From Amphiscolops sp. MND2022 (taxonomy: Eukaryota), in contig OZ076417.1 of NCBI GenBank assembly GCA_964187785.1, positions 43,772,001 to 43,836,000 on the forward strand: a stretch of DNA of 64,000 nt, given 5' to 3'. Positions within the stretch are counted from its first letter, which is position 1. Every line of letters starts with the position of its first letter. The notes beneath the pieces were generated by a model. That model was given only the letters and a program-made list of their open reading frames with translations. It did no database searches and had not been told where the DNA came from. The position numbers and the translations under genes were made by a program. Below, piece by piece: positions 38,001-52,400 of this stretch.

Positions 38001-41000
38001 GCGCCACGGTTCAATAGATTTCCAAAGTGCTTCATTGTATGTCCAAAAAAGTTATGTCTCATTTCATATAAAGGAAAATTTATGGTGTAAAAAAAGTTTG
38101 TTCCATCTGCTGTTTACTATGCGGGAATTCGAAACGGAGTTTGACTTGTTCTCGCATCCTTCATCTCGAGAATGTTTTGTTGCTGCTGAAAGACTGAAGT
38201 TGTCATCGGCAACTATTATCGGGAAATATTTCATTTCCTGTACCTTTTCTGACGGCAACGATGTTGTTGCGGAGGAGCTGAAATGTCACATGTGTTCTTA
38301 ACCTGCAGTGAAAGAACATGTCATGCTAAATTCAGCTTCATTGTTTGCTTTGACAAAAACAAATGATAACACTTTGCTCGTCACCAAACTCGTGAGTGCC
38401 AAATACCTCAACAAATATCCTGCTGGCAAGAAGGAACACAGTCAAGTAACTATAAAGTGAGGTTCTTTCACGGACAACTATCGAGCCAAAACTAATGACA
38501 GAGGACAAAATCATCGTGTTAGATCACTCAAGGATTTGAATGACAAGAAACGTCCCTTCTCCGGTATCCAAGGTGTGAATATTGCACAAACTGAGTTTTT
38601 GTGGTGGTCATTACGTTTGCCTGCGATAACTACGTTAAAGTTCTTTCAGTTCCCCTAGTAATTCGAGGAGCTGTGGCGGAAAACGGTGGTTGTTATCAGT
38701 GTCGACAATGTGAGCATTCGTGAGACTTTGATTGCCTAGCAGAGCTCAGTCAACGGAAAATCATGAGTGTTATTGCTGATAATTTGGAGAAGCAGTAAAC
38801 GACTGATTATGTCACCACACTTTCAATGAGGCCCCTGAACTTCTTCATCTTAAACGTTTACACGATAATTTTCCTGTTCCAAGCGACTGCCACCTTCCCG
38901 ATTAACTGTTTCTTCGGAAGACGCCAACGCCTTGAGTCGGTCTCAATTGCCAAGTGAAAATGCCACCAGCAACTATTCCACCAAATGGAGAGCTAGCTTT
39001 GTCCATAGATTCAAGTTGCGCCACGGTTCAATAGATTTCCAAATTCCAAAGAGCTCCATTGTATGTCCAAAAAAGTTATATCTCATTTCATATAAAGGTA
39101 AATATATGAAGGTGTAAAAAAAGTTTGTTCCATCTGCTGTTTACTATGCGGGAATTCGAAACGGAGTTTGACTTGTTCTCGCATCCTTCATCTCGAGAAT
39201 GTTTCGTTGCTGCTGAAAGACTGAAGTTGTCATCGGCAACTATTATCGGGAAATATTTCATTTCCTGTACCTTTTCTGACGGCAACGATGTTGTTGCGGA
39301 GGAGCTGAAATATCACATGTGTTCTCAACCTGCAGTGAAAGAACATGTCATGCTAAATTCAGCTTCATTGTTTGCTTTGACCAAAACAAATGATAACACT
39401 TTGCTCGTCACCAAACTCGTGAGTGCCAAATACCTCAACAAATATGATGCTGGCAAGAAGGATCACAGTCAAGTAACTATAAAGTGAGGTTCTTCCACGG
39501 ACAACTATCGAGCCAAAAGTAATGACAGAGGGCAAAATCATCGTGTTAGATCACTCAAGGATTTGAATGACAAGAAACGTCCCTTCTCCGGTATCCAAGG
39601 TGTGAATATTGCACAAACTGAGTTTTTGTGGTGGTCATTACGTTTGCCTACGATAACTACGTTAAAGTTCTTTCAGTTCCCCTAGTAATTCGAGGAGCTG
39701 TGGCGGAAAACGGTGGTTGTTATCAGTGTCGACAATGTGAGCATTCGTGAGACTTTGATTGCCTAGCAGAGCTCAGTCAACGGAAAATCATGAGTGTATT
39801 ATTGCTGATAATTTGAAGAAGCAGTAAACGACTGATTATGTCACCACACTTTCAATGAGGCCCCTGAACTTCTTCATCTCAAACGTTTACAAGATAATTT
39901 TCCTGTTCCAAGCGACTGCCACCTTCCCGATTAACTGTTTCTTCGGAAGACGCCAACGCCTTGAGTCGGTCTCAATTGCCAAGTGAAAATGCCACCAGCA
40001 ACTATTCCACCAAATGAAGAGCTAGCTTTGTCCATAGATTCAAGTTGCGCCACGGTTCAATAGATTTCCAAAGTGCTTCATTGTATGTCCAAAAAAGTTA
40101 TGTCTCATTTCATATAAAGGAAAATTTATGGTGTAAAAAAAGTTTGTTCCATCTGCTGTTTACTATGCGGGAATTCGAAACGGAGTTTGACTTGTTCTCG
40201 CATCCTTCATTTCGAGAATGTTTTGTTGCTGCTGAAAGACTGAAGTTGTCATCGGCAACTATTATCGGGAAATATTTCATTTCCTGTACCTTTTCTGACG
40301 GCAACGATGTTGTTGCGGAGGAGCTGAAATGTCACATGTGTTCTTAACCTGCAGTGAAAGAACATGTCATGCTAAATTCAGCTTCATTGTTTGCTTTGAC
40401 AAAAACAAATGATAACACTTTGCTCGTCACCAAACTCGTGAGTGCCAAATACCTCAACAAATATCCTGCTGGCAAGAAGGAACACAGTCAAGTAACTATA
40501 AAGTGAGGTTCTTTCACGGACAACTATCGAGCCAAAACTAATGACAGAGGACAAAATCATCGTGTTAGATCACTCAAGGATTTGAATGACAAGAAACGTC
40601 CCTTCTCCGGTATCCAAGGTGTGAATATTGCACAAACTGAGTTTTTGTGGTGGTCATTACGTTTGCCTGCGATAACTACGTTAAAGTTCTTTCAGTTCCC
40701 CTAGTAATTCGAGGAGCTGTGGCGGAAAACGGTGGTTGTTATCAGTGTCGACAATGTGAGCATTCGTGAGACTTTGATTGCCTAGCAGAGCTCAGTCAAC
40801 GGAAAATCATGAGTGTATTATTGCTGATAATTTGGAGAAGCAGTAAACGACTGATTATGTCACCACACTTTCAATGAGGCCCCTGAACTTCTTCATCTTA
40901 AACGTTTACACGATAATTTTCCTGTTCCAAGCGACTGCCACCTTCCCGATTAACTGTTTCTTCGGAAGACGCCAACGCCTTGAGTCGGTCTCAATTGCCA

Positions 41001-44000
41001 AGTGAAAATGCCACCAGCAACTATTCCACCAAATGGAGAGCTAGCTTTGTCCATAGATTCAAGTTGCGCCACGGTTCAATAGATTTCCAAATTCCAAAGA
41101 GCTCCATTGTATGTCCAAAAAAGTTATATCTCATTTCATATAAAGGAAAATATATGAAGGTGTAAAAAAAGTTTGTTCCATCTGCTGTTTCTATGCGGGA
41201 ATTCGAAACGGAGTTTGACTTGTTCTCCCATCCTTCATCTCGAGAATGTTTCGTTGCTGCTGAAAGACTGAAGTTGTCATCGGCAACTATTATCGGAAAA
41301 TATTTCATTTCCTGTACCTTTTCTGACGGCAACGATGTTGTTGCGGAGGAGCTGAAATGTCACATGTGTTCTTAACCTGCAGTGAAAGAACATGTCATGC
41401 TAAATTCAGCTTCATTGTTTGCTTTGACCAAAACAAATGATAACACTTTGCTCGTCACCAAACTCGTGAGTGCCAAATACCTCAACAAATATGCTGCTGG
41501 CAAGAAGGATCACAGTCAAGTAACTATAAAGCGAGGTTCTTCCACGGACAACAATCGAGCCAAAAGTAATGACAGAGGACAAAATCATCGTGTTAGATCA
41601 CTCAAGGATTTGAATGACAAGAAACGTCCCTTCTCCGGTATCCAAGGTGTGAATATTGCACAAACTGAGTTTTTGTGGTGGTCATTACGTTTGCCTACGA
41701 TAACTACGTTAAAGTTCTTTCAGTTCCCCTAGTAATTCGAGGAGCTGTGGCGGAAAACGGTGGTTGTTATCAGTGTCGACAATGTGAGCATTCGTGAGAC
41801 TTTGATTGCCTAGCAGAGCTCAGTCAACGGAAAATCATGAGTGTATTATTGCTGATAATTTGGAGAAGCAGTAAACGACTGATTATGTCACCACACTTTC
41901 AATGAGGCCCCTGAACTTCTTCATCTTAAACGTTTACACGATAATTTTCCTGTTCCAAGCGACTGCCACCTTCCCGATTAACTGTTTCTTCGGAAGACGC
42001 CAACGCCTTGAGTCGGTCTCAATTGCCAAGTGAAAATGCCACCAGCAACTATTCCACCAAATGGAGAGCTAGCTTTGTCCATAGATTCAAGTTGCGCCAC
42101 GGTTCAATAGATTTCCAAATTCCAAAGAGCTCCATTGTATGTCCAAAAAAGTTATATCTCATTTCATATAAAGGAAAATATATGAAGGTGTAAAAAAAGT
42201 TTGTTCCATCTGCTGTTTCTATGCGGGAATTCGAAACGGAGTTTGACTTGTTCTCCCATCCTTCATCTCGAGAATGTTTCGTTGCTGCTGAAAGACTGAA
42301 GTTGTCATCGGCAACTATTATCGGAAAATATTTCATTTCCTGTACCTTTTCTGACGGCAACGATGTTGTTGCGGAGGAGCTGAAATGTCACATGTGTTCT
42401 TAACCTGCAGTGAAAGAACATGTCATGCTAAATTCAGCTTCATTGTTTGCTTTGACCAAAACAAATGATAACACTTTGCTCGTCACCAAACTCGTGAGTG
42501 CCAAATACCTCAACAAATATGCTGCTGGCAAGAAGGATCACAGTCAAGTAACTATAAAGCGAGGTTCTTCCACGGACAACAATCGAGCCAAAAGTAATGA
42601 CAGAGGACAAAATCATCGTGTTAGATCACTCAAGGATTTGAATGACAAGAAACGTCCCTTCTCCGGTATCCAAGGTGTGAATATTGCACAAACTGAGTTT
42701 TTGTGGTGGTCATTACGTTTGCCTACGATAACTACGTTAAAGTTCTTTCAGTTCCCCTAGTAATTCGAGGAGCTGTGGCGGAAAACGGTGGTTGTTATCA
42801 GTGTCGACAATGTGAGCATTCGTGAGACTTTGATTGCCTAGCAGAGCTCAGTCAACGGAAAATCATGAATGTATTATTGCTGATACTTTGGAGAAGCAGT
42901 AAACGACTGATTATGTCACCACACTTTCAATGAGGCCCCTGAACTTCTTCATCTTAAACGTTTACAAGATAATTTTCCTGTTCCAAGCGACTGCCACCTT
43001 CCCGATTAACTGTTTCTTCGGAAGACGCCAACGCCTTGAGTCGGTCTCAATTGCCAAGTGAAAATGCCACCAGCAACTATTCCACCAAATGGAGAGCTAG
43101 CTTTGTCCATAGATTCAAGTTGCGCCACGGTTCAATAGATTTCCAAAGTGCTTCATTGTATGTCCAAAAAAGTTATGTATCATTTCACATAAAGGAAAAT
43201 TTATGAAGGTGTAAAAAAAAGTTTGTTCCATCTGCTGTTTCTATGCGGGAATTCGAAACGGAGTTTGACTTGTTCTCGCATCCTTCATCTCGAGAATGTT
43301 TCGTTGCTGCTGAAAGACTGAAGTTGTCATCGGCAACTATTATCGGGAAATACTTCATTTCCTGTACCTTTTCTGACGGCAACGATGTTGTTGCTGAGGA
43401 GCTGAAATGTCACATGTGTTCTTAACCTGCAGTGAAAGAACATGTCATGCTAAATTCAGCATCATTGTTTGCTTTGACCAAAACAAATGATAACACTTTG
43501 CTCGTCACCAAACTCGTGAGTGCCAAATACCTCAACAAATACGCTGCTGGCAAGAAGGAACACAGTAAGTAACTATAAAGTGACGTTCTTCCACGGACAA
43601 CTATCGAGCCAAAACTAATGACAGAGGACAAAATCATCGTGTTAGATCACTCAAGGATTTGAATGACAAGAAACGTCCCTTCTCCGGTATCCAAGGTGTG
43701 AATATTGCACAAACTGAGTTTTTGTGGTGGTCATTACGTTTGCCTGCGATAACTACGTTAAAGTTCTTTCAGTTCCCCTAGTAATTCGAGGAGCTGTGGC
43801 GGAAAACGGTGGTTGTTATCAGTGTCGACAATGTGAGCATTCGTGAGACTTTGATTGCCTAGCAGAGCTCAGTCAACGGAAAATCATGAGTGTATTATTG
43901 CTGATAATTTGGAGAAGCAGTAAACGACTGATTATGTCACCACACTTTCAATGAGGCCCCTGAACTTCTTCATCTTAAACGTTTACACGATAATTTTCCT

Positions 44001-47000
44001 GTTCCAAGCGACTGCCACCTTCCCGATTAACTGTTTCTTCGGAAGACGCCAACGCCTTGAGTCGGTCTCAATTGCCAAGTGAAAATGCCACCAGCAACTA
44101 TTCCACCAAATGGAGAGCTAGCTTTGTCCATAGATTCAAGTTGCGCCACGGTTCAATAGATTTCCAAAGTGCTTCATTGTATGTCCAAAAAAGTTATGTA
44201 TCATTTCATATAAAGGAAAATTTATGAAGGTGTAAAAAAAGTTTGTTCCATCTGCTGTTTCTATGCGGGAATTCGAAACAGAGTTTGACTTGTTCTCGCA
44301 TCCTTCATCTCGAGAATGTTTCGTTGCTGCTGAAAGACTGAAGTTGTCATCGGCAACTATTATCGGGAAATACTTCATTTCCTGTACCTTTTCTGATGGC
44401 AACGATGTTGTTGCGGAGGAGCTGAAATGTCACATGTGTTCTTAACCTGCAGTGAAAGAACATGTCATGCTAAATTCAGCATCATTGTTTGCTTTGACCA
44501 AAACAAATGATAACACTTTGCTCGTCACCAAACTCGTGAGTGCCAAATACCTCAACAAATACGCTGCTGGCAAGAAGGAACACAGTCAAGTAACTATAAA
44601 GTGACGTTCTTCCACGGACAACTATCGAGCCAAAACTAATGACAGAGGACAAAATCATCGTGTTAGATCACTCAAGGATTTGAATGACAAGAAACGTCCC
44701 TTCTCCGGTATCCAAGGTGTGAATATTGCACAAACTGAGTTTTTGTGGTGGTTATTACGTTTGCCTGCGATAACTACGTTAAAGTTCTTTCAGTTCCCTA
44801 GTAATTCGAGGAGCTGTGGCGGAAAACGGTGGTTGTTATCAGTGTCGACAATGTGAGCATTCGTGAGACTTTGATTGCCTAGCAGAGCTCAGTCAACGGA
44901 AAATCATGAGTGTATTATTGCTGATAATTTGGAGAAGCAGTAAACGACTGATTATGTCACCACACTTTCAATGAGACCCCTGAACTTCTTCATCTTAAAC
45001 GTTTACACGATAATTTTCCTGTTCCAAGCGACTGCCACCTTCCCGATTAACTGTTTCTTCGGAAGACGCCAACGCCTTGAGTCGGTCTCAATTGCCAAGT
45101 GAAAATGCCACCAGCAACTATTCCACCAAATGGAGAGCTAGCTTTGTCCATAGATTCAAGTTGCGCCACGGTTCAATAGATTTCCAAAGTGCTTCATTGT
45201 ATGTCCAAAAAAGTTATGTATCATTTCATATAAAGGAAAATTTATGAAGGTGTAAAAAAAGTTTGTTCCATCTGCTGTTTCTATGCGGGAATTCGAAACG
45301 GAGTTTGACTTGTTCTCGCATCCTTCATCTCGAGAATGTTTCGTTGCTGCTGAAAGACTGAAGTTGTCATCGGCAACTATTATCGGGAAATACTTCATTT
45401 CCTGTACCTTTTCTGACGGCAACGATGTTGTTGCGGAGGAGCTGAAATGTCACATGTGTTCTTAACCTGCAGGGAAAGAACATGTCATGCTAAATTCAGC
45501 ATCATTGTTTGCTTTGACCAAAACAAATGATAACACTTTGCTCGTCACCAAACTCGTGAGTGCCAAATACCTCAACAAATACGCTGCTGGCAAGAAGGAA
45601 CACAGTCAAGTAACTATAAAGTGACGTTCTTCCACGGACAACTATCGAGCCAAAACTAATGACAGAGGACAAAATCATCGTGTTAGATCACTCAAGGATT
45701 TGAATGACAAGAAACGTCCCTTCTCCGGTATCCAAGGTGTGAATATTGCACAAACTGAGTTTTTGTGGTGGTCATTACGTTTGCCTGCGATAACTACGTT
45801 AAAGTTCTTTCAGTTCCCCTAGTAATTCGAGGAGCTGTGGCGGAAAACGGTGGTTGTTATCAGTGTCGACAATGTGAGCATTCGTGAGACTTTGATTGCC
45901 TAGCAGAGCTCAGTCAACGGAAAATCATGAGTGTATTATTGCTGATAATTTGGAGAAGCAGTAAACGACTGATTATGTCACCACACTTTCAATGAGGCCC
46001 CTGAACTTCTTCATCTTAAACGTTTACACGATAATTTTCCTGTTCCAAGCGACTGCCACCTTCCCGATTAACTGTTTCTTCGGTAGACGCCAACGCCTTG
46101 AGTCGGTCTCAATTGCCAAGTGAAAATGCCACCAGCAACTATTCCACCAAATGGAGAGCTAGCTTTGTCCATAGATTCAAGTTGCGCCACGGTTCAATAG
46201 ATTTCCAAATTCCAAAGAGCTCCATTGTATGTCCAAAAAAGTTATATCTCATTTCATATAAAGGAAAATATATGAAGGTGTAAAAAAAGTTTGTTCCATC
46301 TGCTGTTTCTATGCGGGAATTCGAAACGGAGTTTGACTTGTTCTCGCATCCTTCATCTCGAGAATGTTTCGTTGCTGCTGAAAGACTGAAGTTGTCATCG
46401 GCAACTATTATCCGGAAATATTTCATTTCCTGTGCCTTTTCTGACGGAAACGATGTTGTTGCGGAGGAGCTGAAATGTCACATGTGTTCTTAACCTGCAG
46501 TGAAAGAACATGTCATGCTAAATTCAGCTTCATTGTTTGCTTTGACCAAAACAAATAACACTTTGCTCGTCACCAAACTCGTGAGTGCCAAATACCTCAA
46601 CAAATATGCTGCTGGGAAGAAGGATCACAGTCAAGTAACTATAAAGTGAGGTTCTTCCACGGACAACTATCGAGCCAAAAGTAATGACAGAGGACAAAAT
46701 CATCGTGTTAGATCACTCAAGGATTTGAATGACAAGAAACGTCCCTTCTCCGGTATCCAAGGTGTGAATATTGCACAAACTGAGTTTTTGTGGTGGTCAT
46801 TACGTTTGCCTACGATAACTACGTTAAAGTTCTTTCAGTTCCCCTAGTAATTCGAGGAGCTGTGGCGGAAAACGGTGGTTGTTATCAGTGTCGACAATGT
46901 GAGCATTCGTGAGACTTTGATTGCCTAGCAGAGCTCAGTCAACGGAAAATCATGAATGTATTATTGCTGATAATTTGGAGAAGCAGTAAACGACTGATTA

Positions 47001-48666
47001 TGTCACCACACTTTCAATGAGGCCCCTGAACTTCTTCATCTTAAACGTTTACAAGATAATTTTCCTGTTCCAAGCGACTGCCACCTTCCCGATTAACTGT
47101 TTCTTCGGAAGACGCCAACGCCTTGAGTCGGTCTCAATTGCCAAGTGAAAATGCCACCAGCAACTATTCCACCAAATGGAGAGCTAGCTTTGTCCATAGA
47201 TTCAAGTTGCGCCACGGTTCAATAGATTTCCAAAGTGCTTCATTGTAAGTCCAAAAAAGTTATGTATCATTTCATATAAAGGAAAATTTATGAAGGTGTA
47301 AAAAAAGTTTGTTCCATCTGCTGTTTCTATGCGGGAATTCGAAACGGAGTTTGACTTGTTCTCGCATCCTTCATCTCGAGAATGTTTCGTTGCTGCTGAA
47401 AGACTGAAGTTGTCATCGGCAACTATTATCGGGAAATACTTCATTTCCTGTACCTTTTCTGACGGCAACGATGTTGTTGCGGAGGAGCTGAAATGTCACA
47501 TGTGTTCTTAACCTGCAGTGAAAGAACATGTCATGCTAAATTCAGCATCATTGTTTGCTTTGACCAAAACAAATGATAACACTTTGCTCGTCACCAAACT
47601 CGTGAGTGCCAAATACCTCAACAAATATGCTGCTGGCAAGAAGGAACACAGTCAAGTAACTATAAAGTGAGGTTCTTTCACGGACAACTATCGAGCCAAA
47701 ACTAATGACAGAGGACAAAATCATCGTGTTAGATCACTCAAGGATTTGAATGACAAGAAACGTCCCTTCTCCGGTATCCAAGGTGTGAATATTGCACAAA
47801 CTGAGTTTTTGTGGTGGTTATTACGTTTGCCTGCGACAACTAGTTAAAGTTCTTTCAGTTCCCCTAGTAATTCGAGGAGCTGTGGCGGAAAACGGTGGTT
47901 GTTATCAGTGTCGACAATGTGAGCATTCGTGAGACTTTGATTGCCTAGCAGAGCTCAGTCAACGGAAAATCATGAGTGTATTATTGCTGATAATTTGGAG
48001 AAGCAGTAAACGACTGATTATGTCACCACACTTTCAATGAGGCCCCTGAACTTCTTCATCTTAAACGTTTACAAGATAATTTTCCTGTTCCAAGCGACTG
48101 CCACCTTCCCGATTAACTATGTTTCTTCGGAAGACGCCAACACATACAGTTGGTCTCAATTGCCAAGTGAAAATGCCACCAGCAGCTATTCCAGCAAATG
48201 AAGAGCTAGCTTTGTCCATGGATTCCAGTTGCGCCAGGGTTCAGTTGCTTTCCAAATTGCTTCATTGTATGACCAAAGAAAGTTACAAAAACACCTAGGT
48301 GGAAAATGTAAAGTTTTCTAAAACCCCTGCCATTTTATATAACTGTACAATTGAAGGTGTAAAGTTTTTGCTCCATTTGCTGTTTACTATAGGGGAATTC
48401 GAAACGGAGTTAAAGTGGTTCTCGCATCCTTCATTTCGAGATGGTTTTGTTGCTGCTGAAAAACTGATGCTGTCATCAGCTAGTTTATCGGCACCTATTA
48501 TCGGGAAATCTTTCATTTTCATGTCGAGGACGATCTGGCAAATCATGAAAGGCCTACATTGGTCTCTTGGAACAACAGTTCATCATAAATAATAATAATT
48601 AAAAAATAATTTAAACACAGAGGCGAAGCGGTGCTTCGCAACACATGACGAAGACATCGATTATTT

Positions 48667-48752
48667 TAAAGATAGCTCTACGTTGTATATATATTAAAGA
48701 TAGCTCTACGTTGTATATATATTAAAGATAGCTCTACGTTGTATATTTATAA
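48667..48752. repeat. 28-bp minisatellite x3 (aaagatagctctacgttgtatatatatt); also present in the other two cassettes
   Basis: Read directly; recurs at ~52940-53025 and ~58228-58315. Confidence 0.9.
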
Positions 48753-48809
48753 ATCGTACATATTCAATCGCATGCGTATATATTCAACAGTTCAACTTTG
48801 TTCAATAAC

Positions 48810-48878
48810 GTCCCTATGGCACAGTGGTCAACGCTTATGCCGTGCAATCGGGAGGCTGCCGGTTCGAATCTCTGGGGT
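48810..48878 (+). mobile_element. tRNA-derived SINE head, copy 1
   Basis: A-box TGGCACAGTGG at 48817 and B-box GGTTCGAATC at 48861. Acceptor and anticodon stems do not pair properly. Confidence 0.6.
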
Positions 48879-49142
48879 TTTGGCTCTTTTCTAAAAGGCG
48901 GTCATTATCAAGTTGACTATTGTGGAAAAAAACTTCTTTAGCTGGACTGCAATGCACATTGACTTCGTCATGTGCAATAATAATTTGAATAAGTAAATTA
49001 CAATATTCGTCATTATTATCATTAATTTGAATTTTACACTGCCCTCGTATAGAAAAAATCTTTTGTATTTTATCATAATGCGAGGAAATTCAGTGTTTTT
49101 TTTTTCATTCGAAGAAACAACTTTTTTCTGTCAAATTGAATA

Positions 49143-49490
49143 GGCGTTGAATTGTAGAGCCATAGGAGTCGTCCGAGGACACCAAGGATTCTCAACATAT
49201 AACACCGGATGACCTATGTTGCCGTGGATATCTGGAAGCTTTTCCAACTAGAAAAAGTATTGTAAAGTGTTCTCCGCAAAAACATTGGCCTTTTTTCAAA
49301 ACTTTCAACTGAGGTAGGTGACCTTGTGCACATAAGTGATAATGCGCCACCGCTCCAGTGGACGCTCGATCGCGTTATATGTCTAAAGTGGAATAGACAA
49401 ACTCCCACGGATTGTGACATTGAAAACTGCGGCCGGCAATTTCAACAGGTCTGTCGCCAAACTGAGAAAGACATTCTTGAAGGATAGCCG
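49143..49490 (+). pseudogene. BEL/Pao integrase C-terminal (DUF5641-like) remnant, copy 1
   Basis: EVGDLVHISDNAPPLQWTLDRV, then frameshifted PRIVTLKTAAGNFNRSVAKL; matches the BEL VGDLV..PPxxWxLGRV..VRVVTVKT..RPVxKL pattern. Confidence 0.75.
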
Positions 49491-52400
49491 TTAGAATCAG
49501 TGTGAACGTTTCCGCGTCTCGTTTCCAAAGAGCTCCAATGTATGTCCAAAAAGTTATATCTCATTTCATATAAAGGAAAATAAATGAAGGTGTAAAAAAA
49601 GTTTGTTCCATCTGCTGTTTACTATGCGGAAATTCGAAACGGAGTTTGACTTGTTCTCGCATCCTTCATCTCGAGAGTGTTTCGTTGCTGCTGAAAGACT
49701 GAAGTTGTCATCGGCAACTATTCTCGGGAAATATTTCATTTCCTGTACCTTTTCTGACGGCAACGATGTTGTTGCGGAGGAGCTGAAATGTCACATGTGT
49801 TCTTAACCTGCAGTGAAAGAACATGTCATGCTAAATTCAGCTTCATTGTTTGCTTTGACCAAAACAAATGATAACACTTTGCTCGTCACCATACTCGTGA
49901 GTGCCAAATACCTCAACAAATATGCTGCTGGCAAGAAGGAACACAGTCAAGTAACTATAAAGTGACGTTCTTCCACGGACAACTATCGAGCCAAAACTAA
50001 TGACAGAGGACAAAATCATCGTGTTAGATCACTCAAGGATTTGAATGACAAGAAACGTCCCTTCTCCGGTATCCAAGGTGTGAATATTGCACAAACTGAG
50101 TTTTTGTGGTGGTTATTACGTTTGCCTGCGACAACTACGTTAAAGTTCTTTCAGTTCCCCTAGTAATTCGAGGAGCTGTGGCGGAAAACGGTGGTTGTTA
50201 TCAGTGTCGACAATGTGAGCATTCGTGAGACTTTGATTGCCTAGCAGAGCTCAGTCAACGGAAAATCATGAGTGTATTATTGCTGATAATTTGGAGAAGC
50301 AGTAAACGACTGATTATGTCACCACACTTTCAATGAGGCCCCTGAACTTCTTCATCTTAAACGTTTACAAGATAATTTTCCTGTTCCAAGCGACTGTCAC
50401 CTTCCCGATTAACTGTTTCCTCGGAAGACGCCAACGCCTTGAGTCGGTCTCAATTGCCAAGTGAAAATGCCACCAGCAACTATTCCACCAAATGGAGAGC
50501 TAGCTTTGTCCATAGATTCAAGTTGCGCCACGGTTCAATAGATTTCCAAATTCCAAAGAGCTCCATTGTATGTCCAAAAAAATATATCTCATTTCATATA
50601 AAGGAAAAAATATGAAGGTGTAAAAAAAGTTTGTTCCATCTGCTGTTGACTATGCGGAAATTCGAAACGGAGTTTGACTTGTTCTCGCATCCTTCATCTC
50701 GAGAATGTTTCGTTGCTGCTGAAAGACTGAAGTTGTCATCGGCAACTATTATCGGGAAATATTTCATTTCCTGTACCTTTTCTGACGGCAACGATGTTGT
50801 TGCGGAGGAGCTGAAATGTCACATGTGTTCTTAACCTGCAGTGAAAGAACATGTCATGCTAAATTCAGCTTCATTGTTTGCTTTGACCAAAACAAATGAT
50901 AACACTTTGCTCGTCACCATACTCGTGAGTGCCAAATACCTCAACAAATATGCTGCTGGCAAGAAGGAACACAGTCAAGTAACTATAAAGTGACGTTCTT
51001 CCACGGACAACTATCGAGCCAAAACTAATGACAGAGGACAAAATCATCGTGTTAGATCACTCAAGGATTTGAATGACAAGAAACGTCCCTTCTCCGGTAT
51101 CCAAGGTGTGAATATTGCACAAACTGAGTTTTTGTGGTGGTTATTACGTTTGCCTGCGACAACTACGTTAAAGTTCTTTCAGTTCCCCTAGTAATTCGAG
51201 GAGCTGTGGCGGAAAACGGTGGTTGTTATCAGTGTCGACAATGTGAGCATTCGTGAGACTTTGATTGCCTAGCAGAGCTCAGTCAACGGAAAATCATGAG
51301 TGTATTATTGCTGATAATTTGGAGAAGCAGTAAACGACTGATTATGTCACCACACTTTCAATGAGGCCCCTGAACTTCTTCATCTTAAACGTTTACAAGA
51401 TAATTTTCCTGTTCCAAGCGACTGCCACCTTCCCGATTAACTGTTTCCTCGGAAGACGCCAACGCCTTGAGTCGGTCTCAATTGCCAAGTGAAAATGCCA
51501 CCAGCAACTATTCCACCAAATGGAGAGCTAGCTTTGTCCATAGATTCAAGTTGCGCCACGGTTCAATAGATTTCCAAATTCCAAAGAGCTCCATTGTATG
51601 TCCAAAAAGTTATATCTCATTTCATATAAAGGAAAAAATATGAAGGTGTAAAAAAAGTTTGTTCCATCTGCTGTTGACTATGCGGAAATTCGAAACGGAG
51701 TTTGACTTGTTCTCGCATCCTTCATCTCGAGAATGTTTCGTTGCTGCTGAAAGACTGAAGTTGTCATCGGCAACTATTATCGGGAAATATTTCATTTCCT
51801 GTACCTTTTCTGACGGCAACGATGTTGTTGCGGAGGACCTGAAATGTCACATGTGTTCTTACCCTGCAGTGAAAGAACATGTCATGCTAAATTCAGCTTC
51901 ATTGTTTGCTTCGACCGAAACAAATAACACTTTGCTCGTCACCAAACTCATGAGTGCCAAATACCTGAACAAATATGCTGCTGGCAAGAAGGAACACAGT
52001 CAAGTAACTATAAAGTGACGTTCTTTCACGGACAACTATCGAGCCAAAACTAATGACAGAGGACAAAATCATCGTGTTAGATCACTCAAGGATTTGAATG
52101 ACAAGAAACGTCCCTTCTCCGGTATCCAAGGTGTGAATATTGCACAAACTGAGTTTTTGTGGTGGTCATTACGTTTGCCTGCGACAACCACGTTAAAGTT
52201 CTTTCAGTTCCCCTAGAAGATCAAGGAGCTGTGGCGGAAAACGGTGGTTGTAATCAGTGTCGACAATTCGAGCATTCGTGAGACTTTGATTGCCCAGCAG
52301 AGCTCACTCAACGGAAATCATGAATGTATTATTGCTTATAACTGAAGAGGGAGTAAACGACTCCGAGCGACTGCCACCTTCCCGATTAACTATGTTTCTT

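Larger units (their letters stand above)
48519..49522. repeat. Non-monomer cassette, copy 1 (28-bp triplet + SINE head + BEL/Pao fragment)
   Basis: Near-identical to 52792-53791 and 58082-59086. Confidence 0.95.

Noticed and set aside
48810-48878. Functional tRNA gene (also at 53083 and 58372)
   Set aside because: A- and B-boxes are present, but the acceptor and anticodon stems do not pair and no anticodon can be assigned; treated as a SINE head.
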